Notes: a model not told the origin generated them from the letters alone. 27,242 bases of DNA from Armatimonadia bacterium (GCA_039683575.1 JBDKRC010000164.1:1-27242); one strand, 5' to 3'. Numbered from the stretch's first letter, positions 1-10,076 are shown. Program-made: numbers and translations.

Positions 1-3
1 ACT

Positions 4-26
4 GGCGGGCGAGCCGCCCGCCCCAC
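4..26 (-). repeat. GTGG-type REP-like palindrome
   Basis: Minus strand reads GTGG-GGCGGGCG-GCT-CGCCCGCC: a tetranucleotide followed by an 8-bp stem. Confidence 0.55.
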
Positions 27-137
27 TGGCACAGGTTAGCTCCAACGGGCCGACGCTCCCCCACATCCTACTACCGCCGATAATAGCTGCCACTCCCCGC
101 CGCTACCCGCCCGCCACTGTCGCCGTAGCCGTTTCCG

Positions 138-170
138 AAACTGACAACTGAAAACTGGCAACTGACAACT
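138..170. repeat. Degenerate heptamer tandem repeat (ACTGACA/ACTGAAA/ACTGGCA)
   Basis: aaactgacaactgaaaactggcaactgacaact, about 4.5 units of 7 bp. Confidence 0.7.
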
Positions 171-184
171 TCTTCCTGTATAAT
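155..184 (+). promoter_or_regulatory. Candidate sigma70-type promoter for lipA
   Basis: Perfect TATAAT at 179-184, CTGGCA (4/6 match to TTGACA) at 155-160, 18-bp spacer, about 40 bp upstream of lipA. Confidence 0.35.
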
Positions 185-222
185 GCCCCGGCCGGGTCGT
201 ATCCCGCCGAAATCCCCCTAAG

Positions 223-1128
223 GTGGCCTTTTTCGTGTCTCAACCACTGCCTGACCAGCCCCCGCACCTGCCCCTCCCCCCGTGGCTCCGCGTCAAAACC
301 GGTAAGGCACGCCTCACTTGCAGCACCCGCGCCCTCGTCGACTCCCATGGTCTGCACACCGTCTGCGACAGCGCCCGCTGCCCTAACATCGGCGAGTGTT
401 ACTCCAGCCAGACCGCGACCTTCCTCATCATGGGTTCGGTCTGCACCCGCAATTGCGGTTTCTGCGCCGTAACCCACGGCTGCCCTGAGCCCCTCGACCC
501 CGAGGAGCCCCGGCGCCTCGCCGAGGCCGCGCTGAACCTCGGTCTGCAGTACGTCGTCGTCACCTCCGTGACCCGAGATGATGTAGAAGATGGTGGCGCC
601 GGCCATTTCGCCGCTACCATACAATCACTGCGCGATGCCGGCATATCTCAGGTAGAAGTCCTGATTCCGGACTTCCAGGGCCAAGTGGCCCCCCTGCAGG
701 CCGTCTTGCAGGCCCAACCCTATGTCCTCAACCACAACGTCGAGACGATCCGCCGTCTGTGCCCGAGCGTGCGCCCTGCGGCGGCCTATGACCGCTCCCT
801 CGGCGTCCTGCGCCACTCCCGCGAACTCGCCCCCAAAATCATACGAAAATCAGGCTTCATGGTAGGTCTCGGCGAATCGGATGACGAAGTGATGGAGTTG
901 CTTCACGACCTGCAACAGGCCGGCTGCCAGATTCTGACCATTGGGCAGTATCTGCGCCCTTCGCGCGCTCACCTGCCGGTGCAGCGTTACGTCGAGCCCG
1001 AACAGTTCGACCGCTACGCCGCCGCCGCGCAACAAATCGGCATCCCGCAGGTCCTGGCAGGGCCCTTCGTCCGCAGCAGCTACAAAGCCGCCGAAACCGC
1101 CGCCGCCCTCGGGTCCGCCTCCGGGTAG
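223..1128 (+). CDS. lipA: Lipoyl synthase (radical SAM)
   Basis: PPWLRVK N-terminus, auxiliary cluster motif CX4CX5C (CDSARCPNIGEC), radical SAM CX3CX2C (CTRNCGFC), HNVET, TIGQYL and C-terminal RSSY. Start (GTG 223 vs GTG 235) uncertain. Confidence 0.95.
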   Translation: MAFFVSQPLPDQPPHLPLPPWLRVKTGKARLTCSTRALVDSHGLHTVCDSARCPNIGECYSSQTATFLIMGSVCTRNCGFCAVTHGCPEPLDPEEPRRLAEAALNLGLQYVVVTSVTRDDVEDGGAGHFAATIQSLRDAGISQVEVLIPDFQGQVAPLQAVLQAQPYVLNHNVETIRRLCPSVRPAAAYDRSLGVLRHSRELAPKIIRKSGFMVGLGESDDEVMELLHDLQQAGCQILTIGQYLRPSRAHLPVQRYVEPEQFDRYAAAAQQIGIPQVLAGPFVRSSYKAAETAAALGSASG

Positions 1129-1270
1129 GGGCTCCCCTGAGCGCGACCGGCGTGGTGGCCGACCAACCTGCATCAGCATCACCCGGAGGGGCCGCATGGG
1201 CAGCCTCACCGCCCATCCGGCCCTGCCGTCATCACCGTCCAGCATCGCGCGGGCTCGCCCCCAATACGAA

Positions 1271-4200
1271 ATGCTAACTCGCCTGTCGCGTCACCTTCTC
1301 CTTCTTGTCCTGGCCCTGGCCCTGGTGATCATCGCCGGCGTGCTGGTAATCGTTCGTGAATCCGACTGGGCGCACCGCCGCCTCCAGCAGGCTGTCACCC
1401 GCCAGCTCGTTGACCTCCTCGACCGCGAAGTCGCCGTTGGCCCGGTGACCGGCGACCCACTCACCGGCCTCACCGTCCACGGCCTCGCCATCGCCGAAGG
1501 CAAACGCCTCTCGGGCGGCGCCATCATCACCGCCGGCCGCGTCGTCATCAAGTACGACTTTGCGTCCCTCGTGAGCGGCCGTCTCGCCCCCATCGCCTCC
1601 ATCTCGGAAGTCAATGTCTACCAGGCCAACGCCCGGATCATCCGTGACGCCAAAGGCCGCCTCAACGTCAAGGGCCTCCTCCCGCCAGCCCGCCGGGTCC
1701 CGCCCGAGAAGCGCTTCCGGGGCCGTCTCTTTATCCACGACAGCGCCCTCGCCTATCTGGACTACGGCAGCTTCGTCAAAAGACCGCCCTTGCGCGTCCA
1801 CGTCATAGACGTCCAGGGGCAGGCCGATCTGCGCCAGGTAACGCGCCTCGTGGCTAATCTCTCCGCCCGCGTCGCCGATGGCAAAGCCGAGAGCCTGGCC
1901 GCCAAACTGGTTACCGAACTCGAGCGCCCCTACTTCGACCTCTCCGCCAAGTTAGTCGGCGTCAACGCGCCTTGGGCCTACGCCACCTTTGGCGCTCTTC
2001 CCGGCCTGTCCGTCACCTCCGGCCGCGCCGACATCACCGGCAGCGTCTATCAGGTCCCCATCGCCGGCAAGCGCAAACTAGACTTTAGCGTCAATGCGAC
2101 CCTCAGCGGTGTCACCGGCCGCTACCGCAATCTGGGCCCCGATCCCGTCCACGTTGACGGGGCTGTGTGGGCCAGCCTCGCCGGCGGTCGTGCCAGCAAC
2201 CTGCGTGCTACCTGGGCGGGCAGCACCTACGACCTGCGCGGCTCGATGAGCAACTGGTCCAAACCAACGTTCGATATCTCCCTGACCTCTGCCCACGCCC
2301 GCCTCTCCCCTATCGTCAACTTCCTGCCGGCCAAAACCCGCCGCGGCCTAAGCATCCCTGCCAGCGGCTTCGCCAGCGTGGTCGCCTCGGTCGTCGGCCC
2401 GCCGGACAATGCCGATCTTCGCCTGAAACTCGGCCTGCAGGACGGCCTCAGCGTCCGCCTCCCCAACCTCGGCCTCGTCCAGGCCGACCGCCTGCAACTC
2501 GCCGCCGACGTGGTATCCACCGCCAACCCCTCCGTCCGCGCCACTCTCAGTGGCCGCCGTCTCGTCGTGCCCACCATGCAACCTGCCGGCAAGGGCTGGC
2601 CGCGCCGCCTCACCATCGCTCCCCTCTCCCCCTTTGCCGCTTCTGTCCAATGGTGCGGAGGCCAGCCCGTCGCTGAGGCCACTCTCCGGGCCCCCGCCGT
2701 CCGCGCCGACAACCTCCGTCTCGCCAACGTCCGCACCCGCGCCACCATCGTGGACGGCGTCGCCCGTCTGCAAGACATCCAGGCTCAGGCCCTCGGTGGT
2801 CGTCTCACCGCCGAGGCCAGCCTGCGCTTCCGCGGCGGCCCTCCCACCGTCCGCACCCGCGGCTCCATCACCGGGCTCGACCTTGCCCGCCTGAAGGAAT
2901 TGCCCCTGAACCTCCGCGACACGGTGAACGGCTCGGCCAATCTCGACTTCCAGGCCCACCTGCGCGATCAGCGCTTCGCTGGCATCTTCGGTCTCTCCGC
3001 AGCCAACATCATCGTCCGCAACACGATCATCCAGGGGCTCAAGGGCACTTTCGGACTCGAAAGAGGCGCCGCCCTGCACGGTGCTGGCCGCTTCACGGCC
3101 ACCGGCGTTAAGCAGGAGGACCTGCAAGCCAACCAGGCCGAGGCCCTCGTAGAGCTGACCGGTAACCGCCTGGACATCCTCAGCGGCTCCTGGCAGGGCC
3201 CCGATGGCCTCTTCTGGGCTTCCGGGGATATCAACCTCGACACCGAACAGGCCGACCTGCAGGTAAGCGGCGCCGAGCTTGCCATGCGCCCGCTCTCCCA
3301 CATGATCGGCCTGCGTGACTTCGCCGGCACCGGCTACCTCTCCGGTCGGGTTGTGGGTACTCCTTCGGCCCCGACCTTCCTCGGCCGCCTGACCGTCTTC
3401 AAGCCGGAAGCCAGCGAGTATGTCTTCGATGCTTTCACCGCCGACGTCACCTACCGGCCGCCCTTTCTCGCCGCCAAAGACCTCCTGCTCAGCCGCGGCA
3501 GTATGATCATCAGTGGCGACGCGAGCCTTGCCAATCTAGGCGCTCCCGCTGCCCAGATGCCAATCTCCGGCACCCTCAATGGGCAGAGCATCAGTCTCGC
3601 CGACCTGGCTGACTTGCTGCAAAAGGACTGGCCTGTAACTGGCCTCGCCGAGTTCACCGCCAAGATCGGCGGCAGCCTCGCCCGCCCGAGCGCCTCGGGC
3701 ATCCTCCGCCTCGCCAATGCGAGCTACAAAGAGCTCGTCGTCAACAGCGCCAGCGTGCCATACACCTACTCCGGGAATGATCTTCACTTCGAAGGCGCGC
3801 AGGCCGTGCTCTTCGACGCTCCCGTCACCGCCACCGGCACTCTGGTCCTGTCCGAGCCTCCCAACCTCGATGCCACTCTCACCGTGGGCAAGGTCGCCCT
3901 GCAGGGCCTTGCGCCGCTCCTGGGCGAGGACTTCCCCGTGGCCGGCATGGTTTCCATTCCTGAGATCAAGGTCTCGGGCCCGCTCGACAAATTGCAGGGC
4001 CAGGGCCGGCTTGTTGGTACTGACCTTGAGCTGGGTGGCGAGACGGTTCAGAACGTGAACACTGCCATTTCGCTTGCGAGCGGGCAGGTCCAACTCGAGA
4101 AGACCACACTGGGCCTCGCCGGCGGTCGGGTCGTCGTCAGCGGCGCCTACGACTACGCCACGCACCCCCATACCGTCAACGCCAAGCTTGACCTGCAGAA

Positions 4201-6523
4201 CGCCGATATCCCCGACCTGCTCTATCTTGCCCTGCCCATCATTCAACTCGCCGACGATCGCCCGTTGCGCGAGCGCGCCGACACGCGCCTGGAGATGCGC
4301 AGCCTTGCTTTGCGCCTCAAGGGCAATCTCACCGGCGACCTCAACCTCACCGGCACCGTTGCCCACCCCACCGCCGTGGCTAACCTGAAGGGCCGCAATC
4401 TCGTCCTCGATGACCGCAAGCTTCCGGACGTTGACGGACGAGGCACCGTAAGCCGCACCGCCCTCACCAAGCTCGCAGTGGAACTGCGGCAGGGGCAAGC
4501 GCTCGTAACCATAAATGGCGATTTGGCCTACAAGGGCGACCTCAAACTGGAGATCTTTGGAAGCGCCATCGAGTTGGCCCAGCTCCGGCCCTGGATTCCA
4601 CTCGATGTGACGTATGGCGGGAGGCTCGGCTTCGGCATTGGCGCCGAAGGTCAAACGCGCAGTCCCCATCTCGTCATGTCAGTGGACGTCGTCGATCCCA
4701 CCTTTGCGGGAGTCAAATTCGATCTACTGAACATACCCACGATTGACGTCCAGGATGGCAGAATCAACATCGACACCGGCGCTCTCATCCGCCAGAAGCA
4801 GGAAGTAGTCGTCAACGGCACCCTGCCCTTCTCCTGGGGCGCCAAGCCCGGCTCTCATCTGGGCCTGGATCCCAAGGGAGAGCTCAACCTCAGCGGCAAG
4901 GTCGCGGACACGCAACTCGCCTTCTTCCTCCCGCTTATCGACGAGTACCTCCGCGCCCATGCCCAGGCTGTCGGCTCCGGCGCCGAACCCACCTTCCGCT
5001 GGGCGAACATGACCTCCACGGGCAAGGTCTCCGCAACTTACAGCGTGACGGGTACCACCCCAAACCCGGTCATAAATGGCAACCTCAAGCTGGCCGACGG
5101 CTCCCTTGCCCCGCCCGGCTGGGACCACCCGGTCACAGGTCTGCAAGCCGACCTCGTCTTCACCGGCTCAGGTGCCGAAAACCTAGTCCAGGTCAAGGCG
5201 CTGACCGGCGCCTACGAAACCTTCACCCCGAGCCTCACCGGCCGCATGTGGCTCGACAAGCTCGGCCTGCCGCGCTTCTGGCAGAACCGCTTCGATCTTG
5301 ACCTCGCGCTGACCGCAGGTGCCCTTGACCTCCCGGGCGGCAGCCGTCTCACCGGCCTGAATGGCGGTCTCACCTTCCGCACCGAAGACGGCGCCCAGGT
5401 CCTGCGCCCGCGCGACAACCTCGGCTTTACCCTCGGTGGCGGCCGGGTAAACATGGAGGGCGAGGCGCGCCTCAGAAACTTCTACGTCCCCGAGCTCGCC
5501 AGCAACTTCTATGACCTCACGCTGAACGTCCCCGGCAGCCGCGTGCTGTATCGCAACTACGTCAACGCGCTGCTGGCCGGCAAGCTGCAGATCGTCACGC
5601 CGCCCTCGGCCAAGCCCAAAGCCGAAATCCGGGGCGGCCTCGCCCTTTCCGACGGCATGGTGGGCCTCATCATGCCCGCCGCCGGCGGCACCGGAGGCAT
5701 GCACGCCCTCAGTTCCGCCGCGCCCTCTCCGCTGCTGAACCTCACCCTCGACCTCGGCAAGCGCATGGCACTGCGAGGCTCTGGCGTCACCCTGCAGCTC
5801 GAACCGGAAGAGAAGACCGTAGCCATCACCGGCACTCCGCAGGCCCCAACCCTGGTCGCCAGCCTCCACTCCCGCACCGGCACGACCACCTTGCCGACCG
5901 CCAGCTTCCACATCGAGCAGCTTGACGTCAACCGCTTCACGGTCTCCCCGGTCCCCGGTGGCGATCCCCAGCGCCTGACCGCCAGCGGCGAGATCTCTGG
6001 CGTCGCCTATACCTCGATCAGCCGCCCCGGCGACCGCCCCATCCGCGTCCGAGCCGACATCAGCGGCCGCCTCCCTGACGCGGTCAAAATCTCCACCAGT
6101 TCCGATCCGGAACTCACCGAGTCCCAGATCTACGCCCTCGTCGGGGGCGTGCCCTTCGCCTATCTGCCCGGACTGGGCACCCGCGACCCCAACCTCGGCG
6201 ACGTTGTCTCCGAGCAGTTCCTGGCCACCCTCGCCAACGCCTTCAGACTGCGGGTCTTCCAGCCGATTGAAGAGCAGCTAAAGGGCCTGCTGGGCCTTGA
6301 CGAACTCGGCATCAGCTTCGCTTTCGACCAGCCAATCTCACTGCAGGTAGGCAAGTACCTGGTGCAGAACTTACTGGTCTCATACGAACGGCCACTGGCA
6401 GATAATGCCGAGCAATACGACCTCCGCGTATCTTACCAGTTGCCGGGAGGCCTAAGAATCACGTATCATAATGACGAACGGAACGATAACCGCGTCGAGA
6501 TTGGCTATACTTTCACGTTCTAG
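1271..6523 (+). CDS. tamB: TamB/AsmA-like translocation and assembly module protein (~1750 aa)
   Basis: N-terminal hydrophobic anchor (MLTRLSRHLLLLVLALALVIIAGVLVIV), repeated beta-taco motifs (GTPSAPTFLG, GSLARPSASG, GTTPNPVING), DUF490-like C-terminus (SSDPELTESQIYAL, LQVGKYL) and adjacency to bamA. ATG 1271 preferred over the ORF-track start at 941, which overlaps lipA. Confidence 0.8.
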   Translation: MLTRLSRHLLLLVLALALVIIAGVLVIVRESDWAHRRLQQAVTRQLVDLLDREVAVGPVTGDPLTGLTVHGLAIAEGKRLSGGAIITAGRVVIKYDFASLVSGRLAPIASISEVNVYQANARIIRDAKGRLNVKGLLPPARRVPPEKRFRGRLFIHDSALAYLDYGSFVKRPPLRVHVIDVQGQADLRQVTRLVANLSARVADGKAESLAAKLVTELERPYFDLSAKLVGVNAPWAYATFGALPGLSVTSGRADITGSVYQVPIAGKRKLDFSVNATLSGVTGRYRNLGPDPVHVDGAVWASLAGGRASNLRATWAGSTYDLRGSMSNWSKPTFDISLTSAHARLSPIVNFLPAKTRRGLSIPASGFASVVASVVGPPDNADLRLKLGLQDGLSVRLPNLGLVQADRLQLAADVVSTANPSVRATLSGRRLVVPTMQPAGKGWPRRLTIAPLSPFAASVQWCGGQPVAEATLRAPAVRADNLRLANVRTRATIVDGVARLQDIQAQALGGRLTAEASLRFRGGPPTVRTRGSITGLDLARLKELPLNLRDTVNGSANLDFQAHLRDQRFAGIFGLSAANIIVRNTIIQGLKGTFGLERGAALHGAGRFTATGVKQEDLQANQAEALVELTGNRLDILSGSWQGPDGLFWASGDINLDTEQADLQVSGAELAMRPLSHMIGLRDFAGTGYLSGRVVGTPSAPTFLGRLTVFKPEASEYVFDAFTADVTYRPPFLAAKDLLLSRGSMIISGDASLANLGAPAAQMPISGTLNGQSISLADLADLLQKDWPVTGLAEFTAKIGGSLARPSASGILRLANASYKELVVNSASVPYTYSGNDLHFEGAQAVLFDAPVTATGTLVLSEPPNLDATLTVGKVALQGLAPLLGEDFPVAGMVSIPEIKVSGPLDKLQGQGRLVGTDLELGGETVQNVNTAISLASGQVQLEKTTLGLAGGRVVVSGAYDYATHPHTVNAKLDLQNADIPDLLYLALPIIQLADDRPLRERADTRLEMRSLALRLKGNLTGDLNLTGTVAHPTAVANLKGRNLVLDDRKLPDVDGRGTVSRTALTKLAVELRQGQALVTINGDLAYKGDLKLEIFGSAIELAQLRPWIPLDVTYGGRLGFGIGAEGQTRSPHLVMSVDVVDPTFAGVKFDLLNIPTIDVQDGRINIDTGALIRQKQEVVVNGTLPFSWGAKPGSHLGLDPKGELNLSGKVADTQLAFFLPLIDEYLRAHAQAVGSGAEPTFRWANMTSTGKVSATYSVTGTTPNPVINGNLKLADGSLAPPGWDHPVTGLQADLVFTGSGAENLVQVKALTGAYETFTPSLTGRMWLDKLGLPRFWQNRFDLDLALTAGALDLPGGSRLTGLNGGLTFRTEDGAQVLRPRDNLGFTLGGGRVNMEGEARLRNFYVPELASNFYDLTLNVPGSRVLYRNYVNALLAGKLQIVTPPSAKPKAEIRGGLALSDGMVGLIMPAAGGTGGMHALSSAAPSPLLNLTLDLGKRMALRGSGVTLQLEPEEKTVAITGTPQAPTLVASLHSRTGTTTLPTASFHIEQLDVNRFTVSPVPGGDPQRLTASGEISGVAYTSISRPGDRPIRVRADISGRLPDAVKISTSSDPELTESQIYALVGGVPFAYLPGLGTRDPNLGDVVSEQFLATLANAFRLRVFQPIEEQLKGLLGLDELGISFAFDQPISLQVGKYLVQNLLVSYERPLADNAEQYDLRVSYQLPGGLRITYHNDERNDNRVEIGYTFTF

Positions 6524-6630
6524 GCGTACCAACAAGCTTCTCCCGGTAGTGTAAGCCGGCGCCCGCCCTGTGCAGACGTCCGGCTCTTTGCGTGTGTGTG
6601 CGATTAACACGGCGGCTCTGGGCTTCAGCC

Positions 6631-6658
6631 GCAACCCGACGCCCGACTGCCTGTCTAA
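6631..6658 (+). promoter_or_regulatory. Candidate ECF-type (autoregulatory) promoter
   Basis: GCAACCC-N16-TCTAA (AAC in -35, GTCTAA in -10) about 60 bp upstream of the ECF sigma gene; architecture resembles RpoE/AlgU GAACTT-N16-TCTAA. Confidence 0.35.
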
Positions 6659-6720
6659 CCTCCCGCGGGGCCTAGTTGCAGCGCTTCGTGACCATGCCTC
6701 TCAAGCGGCCATGACCATGG

Positions 6721-7326
6721 ATGGTACCGCCGGTGACGATGGATGGCCCTACCCCCGAGTTCGCCGAGATTATCGCTGCGAACTACCAACGGGTTTACAA
6801 CGTAATCCTCAGGCTGATTGATGATCGCGAAGAAGCCGCTGATCTCACTCAGGATACCTTCGTCAACGCCTGCCGGGCGTATGACAACTTCCGCCACGAG
6901 TCACAGGTCTACACCTGGCTCTACCGGATCGCCGTCAACCTGACCAAAAATCGCCTCGAACGTCGGGGCCGGCAGCGCAATATCGAGGGTGTCTCCATAG
7001 ATGCACCCCTGGAGACCGCTCAGCAAGATGAACTCTTCCGCCAGATCGAAGACTTCTCGGGTAGCCCTGATAGCCTCGTTCTGAATGATGAGCTCAAACG
7101 CTTCCTGGTGGATCAGGTGACCCGCCTGCGTCCCGATTACAAGGAAGTCATCGTCCTGCGCGACTATCAGGGCCTGTCTTACGAAGAGATCGCTGACGTG
7201 CTGGGCTGCAGCGTGCAGGCCATCAAGTCGCGACTCTTCCGCGCCCGCAGCGTCTTGCGGGATCGACTCGGACGCTATCTCTACGACGCCGCCCCGGCCG
7301 CATCAAAGCAAGGAGAAGCCAAATGA
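6721..7326 (+). CDS. ECF RNA polymerase sigma factor (RpoE/SigW-like)
   Basis: Region 2 (EAADLTQDTF...TWLYRIAVN) and region 4 (LRDYQGLSYEEIADVLGCSVQAIKSRLFRAR). Start may be 6721 or 6739. Confidence 0.92.
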   Translation: MVPPVTMDGPTPEFAEIIAANYQRVYNVILRLIDDREEAADLTQDTFVNACRAYDNFRHESQVYTWLYRIAVNLTKNRLERRGRQRNIEGVSIDAPLETAQQDELFRQIEDFSGSPDSLVLNDELKRFLVDQVTRLRPDYKEVIVLRDYQGLSYEEIADVLGCSVQAIKSRLFRARSVLRDRLGRYLYDAAPAASKQGEAK

Positions 7327-9197
7327 AGCCGATGCTGAGACTGGTTGTCGTTATCCTCTGGGTGCTGGTAGCTCTCTCGGCCTCCGCTTACGCTCAGGAG
7401 CCTCAGCTCATCGAGGCCGTCCGCGTCGTTGGCAATGACTACATCCCCAAAGAAGGCATCCTCGACGAGGTTAAAGACATCCTGCCTGCCGGCCAGCCAT
7501 ATACCCCCGAGCGGTCCCGCGCCGCTCATGATGCCGTCATGGCCATGGGCTACTTCGATGATGCCCAGGTCACGACCGAGGCCGGCGAGCGCGGCGTCAT
7601 CGTCGTCATCCGCGTCGTCGAAAAGCAGCGCATTCAGAAGATACTCTTCGTCGGCAACACCGTCGTCAAGGAAAGCGCGCTGTCCGACACCATCTTCACC
7701 CGCGTCGGCCACGTCATTGATCACCGCATCATCCGCCGCGATGTCCGCCGCATTGAGGACTACTACGCCCAGGCCGGTTATATCGCCCACGTCTCCAAGG
7801 CCTCCGTCGGCCAGTTCGGCGTCCTCACCTTCGTGATCGAGGAAGCCCGCGTGGAAGACATCGTCATCGAGGGCCTCAAGCGCACCTTTCCCTTCGTCAT
7901 CACACGCGAACTCTCCGTCAAGCCGGGCGAGCTCTTTCAGGAGCGCGCCATCGCCCGCGACATCCAGAAGATCTTCAACCTCGGCCTCTTCGGCAACGTC
8001 ACCTCAGACATCAAGCCGGGCATCAAAGACCCCCAGCGCGGCATCATCATCGTCCTCAAAATCGAGGAGAAGCGCACTGGACAGGCCTCCGTGGCCGCCG
8101 GCTACAGCAGCCTTGACGACTTCGTCCTGGTGATCTCGGTCGCCGAAAACAACTTCCGCGGCCGCGGCGAACGCGTGGCGGCCAACATCGAGCTCTTCGG
8201 CCGCAGTAGCTACGAACTAAGCTTCTTCGAGCCCTACATCGACGCCCGCGGAACTTCCTTCTCCGCCCGCATCTATGACACAGAGCGCCAGCGCCGCTTC
8301 CTCAACGGCATCTCATCCGCGAGTGGTGACGACACGTTCGACGAACGCCGGACTGGCGGCTCCTTCTCCTTCAGCCGCCCGATGAACGACACCACCCGCG
8401 CCAGCCTCCGCTTCCGCAGCGAAGAGGTCTCCAGTTCCTACTTCCAGGGCCGCCGCATCATCAACTCAGACGGCACCATCACTACCCGCCAGTCTGGTGA
8501 TAACCTGCCGGACTCTGACGATGACATCGTCCCGCCGCCCAACCCGGACCTCGAGCCCGACGAACCCGAACCCGGCGACACCAACGGCCCGGTCGTGGTA
8601 GCCGCCCCGCTGCATCCTGGTGGCCGCCTCGCTTCTCTCACCCTTGGCTGGACCAAGGACACACGCAACCTCATCGCCAACCCGACCAATGGCGGCTACT
8701 CCTCGCTCAGCTTCGAGCAGGCTGGCAGGTTCCTTGGGGGCCAGACGACGTTCGAGAAGGTCCAGGCGGAGCAACGCTTCTACTGGCCGCTGCCCAACAA
8801 GCGCGACGTAGTCGCCGCCCGCATCTCCGGCGGCGCCGCCTTCGGCGATCTGCCCCTGTTTGAATCCTTCAGCATGGGCGGCGCCAACACTCTCCGCGGC
8901 TACGAGGAAGACCGCTTCCGCGGCGAGAAGATGCTCCTGCTGAACGTAGAGTATCGCCGCCCGCTCAGCGACCGCCTCACCGCAGTCGGCTTCGTAGACG
9001 TCGGTGACGCCTTCGGCGGACAGTTCCCGACCATCGTCCCGGGCTTCAGCGTCCCCGCCGACGACCAGAACCTTACCGCCCACGTTGGCGCCGGCGTCGG
9101 CCTCCGCGTGGTAACACCCATCGGCCCGATCCGCCTCGACTTCGGCTGGGGCGAAGACGGCAGCCAGGCCCATTTCAGCTTCGGCCACACCTTCTAG
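7323..9197 (+). CDS. bamA: BamA/Omp85-family outer membrane protein assembly factor
   Basis: Signal peptide, about 3 POTRA-like repeats (IEAVRVVGN, IQKILFVGN, VEDIVIEGL), ENNFRGRG, GGANTLRGY, TPIGPIRLDFG and C-terminal F. AAGGAG RBS; ATGA overlap with the sigma stop. TamA-type paralogy not excluded. Confidence 0.88.
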   Translation: MKPMLRLVVVILWVLVALSASAYAQEPQLIEAVRVVGNDYIPKEGILDEVKDILPAGQPYTPERSRAAHDAVMAMGYFDDAQVTTEAGERGVIVVIRVVEKQRIQKILFVGNTVVKESALSDTIFTRVGHVIDHRIIRRDVRRIEDYYAQAGYIAHVSKASVGQFGVLTFVIEEARVEDIVIEGLKRTFPFVITRELSVKPGELFQERAIARDIQKIFNLGLFGNVTSDIKPGIKDPQRGIIIVLKIEEKRTGQASVAAGYSSLDDFVLVISVAENNFRGRGERVAANIELFGRSSYELSFFEPYIDARGTSFSARIYDTERQRRFLNGISSASGDDTFDERRTGGSFSFSRPMNDTTRASLRFRSEEVSSSYFQGRRIINSDGTITTRQSGDNLPDSDDDIVPPPNPDLEPDEPEPGDTNGPVVVAAPLHPGGRLASLTLGWTKDTRNLIANPTNGGYSSLSFEQAGRFLGGQTTFEKVQAEQRFYWPLPNKRDVVAARISGGAAFGDLPLFESFSMGGANTLRGYEEDRFRGEKMLLLNVEYRRPLSDRLTAVGFVDVGDAFGGQFPTIVPGFSVPADDQNLTAHVGAGVGLRVVTPIGPIRLDFGWGEDGSQAHFSFGHTF

Positions 9198-9208
9198 CCG
9201 CTCTGGCC

Positions 9209-9314
9209 GGGCCTCTTCTGTAGGGCGGGGCCTCTTCTGTAGGGCGGGGGCTCGTACCCCGCCGGCCGTTATCACCGACCAACTCCGCCGTAGGGGCGGA
9301 CCGTGTTCCGTCCG
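9209..9314 (+). repeat. GTAG REP cluster (REP-A at 9239-9263, REP-B at 9290-9314, preceded by a 19-bp partial duplication)
   Basis: GTAG-GGCGGGG-GCTCGTA-CCCCGCC and GTAG-GGGCGGAC-CGT-GTTCCGTCCG; both recur at 11187-11244. Confidence 0.85.
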
Positions 9315-9395
9315 TTTTGCAGGCACTTTTCCGCTCTTCCAGGGGTTAGAACCTTCAGACGAATCACGATTTGCAGATTCAAGGAGATCGAACAA

Positions 9396-10076
9396 ATGTC
9401 ACGACGGCTTCTCTGCGGCCTCAGCCTCCTCGCGCTGTTCGCCGCCCTCACCTCCTCTGTAGCTTCCGCCCAGGACCTCAAGATTGCCATACTGGACATG
9501 GAGAAGGTCCGCACCGGCTTCACGGAGGCCATCCAGTCCAAGAACCAGCTAGGCGCCTACGTACAGGACAAGATGGGCTACCTGCGCAGCCTCGAGAACT
9601 ATCTCTTCGTCGCCGGCACGGAATTCCAGGAAGTGGCCGCCATCGCCCAGATCCCGAAGGCCCAGTGGACCGCGGATCAGAAGAAGCGCGAAGCTGAAAT
9701 CCTGGCCATCGCCCAGGCCAACGAGAAGAAGTTCACCGAACTGCAGTCCAAGAGCCCGCGTTCGGCCGACGAGAACCACCAGTACAACACTCTCCAGGAG
9801 ATGCTCCGCGACCGCAGCCGCGACCGCGACAAGATCGCTGCCGTCTACCAGGAAGAGCTTGGCGCCAAGAGCAGTGAGGTCCAGGCCAAACTCATGACCC
9901 GTCTCCAGCAGGTCATCGAGACCATGTCCAAGGAAAAGGGCTACAACCTCGTGCTCGACAAAGCCGTCACGTTCTACGTTGCCGCGCCGCTTGTGGACAT
10001 TACCGATGATGTCATCAAACTGCTCAATGCCGCCACACCCGCCCAAGGAGCCGGCGATGGGGGCGCGACGAAGTAA
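9396..10076 (+). CDS. skp: Skp/OmpH periplasmic chaperone
   Basis: AAGGAG RBS at 9381, ATG 9396, signal peptide ending ASA-Q, N-terminal KIAILDMEKV, long helical core, C-terminal KGYNLVLDK...DITDDVIKLLN; located after bamA. Confidence 0.85.
   Translation: MSRRLLCGLSLLALFAALTSSVASAQDLKIAILDMEKVRTGFTEAIQSKNQLGAYVQDKMGYLRSLENYLFVAGTEFQEVAAIAQIPKAQWTADQKKREAEILAIAQANEKKFTELQSKSPRSADENHQYNTLQEMLRDRSRDRDKIAAVYQEELGAKSSEVQAKLMTRLQQVIETMSKEKGYNLVLDKAVTFYVAAPLVDITDDVIKLLNAATPAQGAGDGGATK

Noticed and set aside
941-1270. N-terminal extension of the 1860-aa ORF
   Set aside because: It overlaps lipA and has low-complexity shadow composition; the membrane anchor begins at ATG 1271.
6521-9197. Genome-wide TAG reassignment to explain the in-frame amber codon
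   Set aside because: tamB and bamA end at TAG directly after the expected C-terminal Phe, and lipA also ends at TAG shortly after its RSSY motif, so TAG acts as a stop.
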